Shown in pieces: positions 61,391 through 64,000 of a stretch of DNA of 64,000 bases. The DNA is taken from NCBI GenBank assembly GCA_039933785.1, contig JBDTNL010000009.1, positions 8,964-72,963 on the forward strand, in the 5' to 3' direction. Origin of the DNA: Acidobacteriota bacterium. Its GTDB lineage: Bacteria; Acidobacteriota; Thermoanaerobaculia; Multivoradales; JAGPDF01. The number at the start of each line of letters is the position of its first letter. The stretch's first letter is position 1. The position numbers and the translations under genes are program-made. The notes beneath the pieces are model-generated. The model saw nothing but the letters and a program-made list of their open reading frames with translations. It did not search any database and had not been told where the DNA came from.

Positions 61391-63511
61391 ATGCGTTGCA
61401 CGACCGTTTCGAGGGCTCGGTGGGGCCATGGCGGGGGCCGGAAAACCGGCGCTCTGGCGGTGCTCCTCGCGCTGGTCGCGGGGCCGGCAATCGGCATCCT
61501 GGACGCTCGTCCGGCGGGGGCTGCGGCCCCCGACCTGGTGTTGATCACCATCGATACCCTGCGTGCCGATGCCACCGGTTTCGGCGGCAATCGACGGGGC
61601 ACGACTCCGAACCTCGATCGCCTGGCCGCTGCGGGCCGAGTCTTCACCGACGCCCACGCGCACAGCGTGGTGACGCTGCCCTCGCACACCAATATCCTCA
61701 CTGGGTTGTATCCCTACCAGCACGGTGTACGGGACAACAGTGGTTTCAAGCTGCCGCCCACCGTCGAGACAGTGGCGACCATGCTGACGCGTGCTGGCTA
61801 CGCGACCGCGGCCTTCGTCGGCGCGTACCCGCTGGACTCTCAGTTCGGACTGGCGCGTGGATTCTCGGTCTACGACGATCACTACCCGAAGGGCTCACGG
61901 CCCGACGAGTTCGTGATGCCCGAGCGGCGCGGCGACGAAGTCGTTCGCCTGGCGCGCGCCTGGTGGGACAAGGCGCGGGGCAAGCCGCGCTTCTTGTGGA
62001 TTCACCTCTACGATCCGCACGCGCCGTACTCGCCTCCCGAGCCGTTCGCGACGCGTTTCAAGGACGCGCCCTACCTCGGCGACGTGGCGTCGGCGGATGC
62101 CTACCTCGGACCCTTCCTCGACAGCTTTCTCGCCGGTCACGAGCCGCCGGCCCTGGTTGTGGTCACGGCGGATCACGGCGAGGCCCTGGGAGAGCACGGC
62201 GAGGAGACCCACGGACTCTTCGCTTACGAATCGACGCTCAAGGTGCCGCTGCTGCTCTGGGGCGCCGGCGTCATCCCCGGGCGCGACCCGCGGGCGGCGC
62301 GGCACGTCGACATCTACCCGACCCTCCTCGCCGCGGCCGGGATCGTCTCTCCGGCGGCGCAGCCGCGCCCTGGACTGTCGCTGCTGGCGCCGGCCATCGT
62401 CGAACCCTCGTACTTCGAAGCTCTGTCGACGGCGCTCAACCGCGGCTGGGCGCCGCTGCGCGGCATCCTGCGCGCCGGACAGAAGCTGATCGCATTACCC
62501 TTGCCCGAGCTTTACGATCTGCCGCGCGATCCCGCCGAGACCAGCAACCTGGTCGATCGCGAACGCCGCAGCGCGGCTGAGCTCCGAGCGCTTTTGCCGC
62601 CGGAATCCACTTGGCCGCCGCCCCGCGATCGGGTGCCGTCGGAGCAATCCTCGGCGCTGGCGAGCCTCGGCTACGTGGCGGGATCGGCGGGCAAGACGAT
62701 GAACTGGGGACCGAACGACGATCCCAAGCGGCTGGTGGCGTTGGATCACAAGATCATGCAGCTCATCGGGCTCTACACCACCGGTGACCTCGATCGAGCC
62801 GTGGCCCTCGGCAGGGAAGTCGTGGCCGAACGGCCCCAGATGCCGCTCGGCCACTCGCTCCTGGCGCAGGCCCTACTTCAGGCGCATAAGGAGTCCGATG
62901 CGCTGGTGGTGATGGAAAAGGCGCGCACCTCGGGTGTGGCGTCGGAGCCTTTGCTCCGCCAATTGGGCTTGACGCTGGCCGAGACCGGCCGTGCCCGCGA
63001 GGCGCTCGAAGTCCTCGCGCCCTTCGGCCAGAGCGACGACATCGAGGGGGTCAATGCGTGGGCTCTGGCGCTCTCGGAAGCGGGCCGCCAGACCGATGCC
63101 GAGGCCGCGCTCGCTCGCTCGCTGGCGCTCGACGCGGACAATGCCCCGGCGATCGAACTCCAGGGCCTGGTGGCGTTGCGCCGCCAACGCTTCGCCGAGG
63201 CGCGTGAGCGGAGCGAGGCCGCGCTGCGCCTCAATCCGGCCCTGCCGCGGGCCTGGAACAATCTCGGCGTGGCGCTCTATCAGCTGGGGGATGTCGATGG
63301 CGCTCTCGCCGCGTGGCAGAAGGCGGTCGATCACGATCCTCGGCTCATCGATGCCTTGTGGAACCTGGGCCTCAAGAGTCTCGAGCGCGAACGGTACGAT
63401 CAGGCGCGCAAGGCACTGGAGGGCTTCGTGGCGGTGGCGCCGGAGAATCGATATCGCGACGACCTGGCGCGCGCCCGGGACATCCTGAAACGATTCGGCG
63501 GACCGGGCTGA
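61391..63511 (+). CDS. Sulfatase-like hydrolase/transferase with C-terminal TPRs (start uncertain)
   Basis: TIDTLRAD, VTLPSHTNILTG, HLYDPH.PY, ADHGE, SLGYV, then TPRs. Confidence 0.88.
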   Translation: MRCTTVSRARWGHGGGRKTGALAVLLALVAGPAIGILDARPAGAAAPDLVLITIDTLRADATGFGGNRRGTTPNLDRLAAAGRVFTDAHAHSVVTLPSHTNILTGLYPYQHGVRDNSGFKLPPTVETVATMLTRAGYATAAFVGAYPLDSQFGLARGFSVYDDHYPKGSRPDEFVMPERRGDEVVRLARAWWDKARGKPRFLWIHLYDPHAPYSPPEPFATRFKDAPYLGDVASADAYLGPFLDSFLAGHEPPALVVVTADHGEALGEHGEETHGLFAYESTLKVPLLLWGAGVIPGRDPRAARHVDIYPTLLAAAGIVSPAAQPRPGLSLLAPAIVEPSYFEALSTALNRGWAPLRGILRAGQKLIALPLPELYDLPRDPAETSNLVDRERRSAAELRALLPPESTWPPPRDRVPSEQSSALASLGYVAGSAGKTMNWGPNDDPKRLVALDHKIMQLIGLYTTGDLDRAVALGREVVAERPQMPLGHSLLAQALLQAHKESDALVVMEKARTSGVASEPLLRQLGLTLAETGRAREALEVLAPFGQSDDIEGVNAWALALSEAGRQTDAEAALARSLALDADNAPAIELQGLVALRRQRFAEARERSEAALRLNPALPRAWNNLGVALYQLGDVDGALAAWQKAVDHDPRLIDALWNLGLKSLERERYDQARKALEGFVAVAPENRYRDDLARARDILKRFGGPG

Positions 63512-63546
63512 TCCGCCTCTGGCCCGAGCTCTCGAAAGAACCGACC

Positions 63547-64000
63547 ATGACTGATCGTAGGAAGACAGCGTGCGTGCTGGCGATTCTCCTGGGGCTCATC
63601 GTCGCCGGCTGCCGGCCGAAGACGAGTGTGACTAGTGTTCCCGCGGGGACGCCGATCGTGCTCATTTCGATCGACACTCTGCGGGCCGATCATCTGCCAG
63701 CCTATGGCTACAACGGCGTCGCGACGCCGGCGATCGATGCTCTACGCCAGGATGCGGTGCTGTTCGAACACGCGTACAGCCACACCCCACTCACCCTGCC
63801 CTCGCACACGGCACTGTTGACGGGCCTGCTGCCCTCGGTCACCGGCGTGCGCGACAACGTCGGCTACACGCTCGACGCCAAGCGGGTCCAAGACGGCGAG
63901 TTGCCCTACCTGCCGTTTCTCTTGCAGCGGAAGGGCTACAAGACGGGAGCCGCGGTCTCCGCCTACGTCCTGCGCTCGATCACCGGGCTCGCGACGGGAT
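63547..64000 (+). CDS. Sulfatase-like lipoprotein, truncated by the window edge
   Basis: Read manually: MTDRRKTACVLAILLGLIVAGC (lipobox), SIDTLRADH, TPLTLPSHTALLTG; close paralog of 56082-58271. Confidence 0.85.
   Translation, partial: MTDRRKTACVLAILLGLIVAGCRPKTSVTSVPAGTPIVLISIDTLRADHLPAYGYNGVATPAIDALRQDAVLFEHAYSHTPLTLPSHTALLTGLLPSVTGVRDNVGYTLDAKRVQDGELPYLPFLLQRKGYKTGAAVSAYVLRSITGLATG

Overview
GC-rich bacterial chromosomal segment, most likely Acidobacteriota (PadR + ADOP duplicated permease pair, Oar-like TonB-dependent receptor, ELWxxDGT proteins; the cysteine-containing C-terminal repeat domain suggests class Thermoanaerobaculia, which is inference). It holds about 50 densely packed CDSs and one tRNA-Ser(TGA). 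I see no integrase, transposase, CRISPR array or rRNA. Housekeeping genes: serS, mdh, hppA and three APC permeases. The strongest signal is a MamK-type bacterial actin (26909-27937) with no magnetosome genes in the window. It lies 4 bp behind a membrane-anchored peptidoglycan amidase, is preceded by a membrane Ser/Thr kinase and is followed by a TPR lipoprotein-TonB-ExbB-ExbD-ExbD motor operon, which makes a candidate actin-guided envelope-remodelling or motility system. Also notable: a three-amidoligase cluster (ATP-grasp, YbdK, circularly permuted ATP-grasp-like) with a divergent M24 peptidase; an ATL-AlkD DNA-repair fusion; a TonB-dependent receptor flanked by three Thr-nucleophile sulfatase-like/TPR proteins; a duplicated 110-aa C-terminal domain on an ELWxxDGT protein; a GTAG-type REP-like palindrome; and several apparently leaderless genes. 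All family assignments come from motif recognition by eye, not from database searches.
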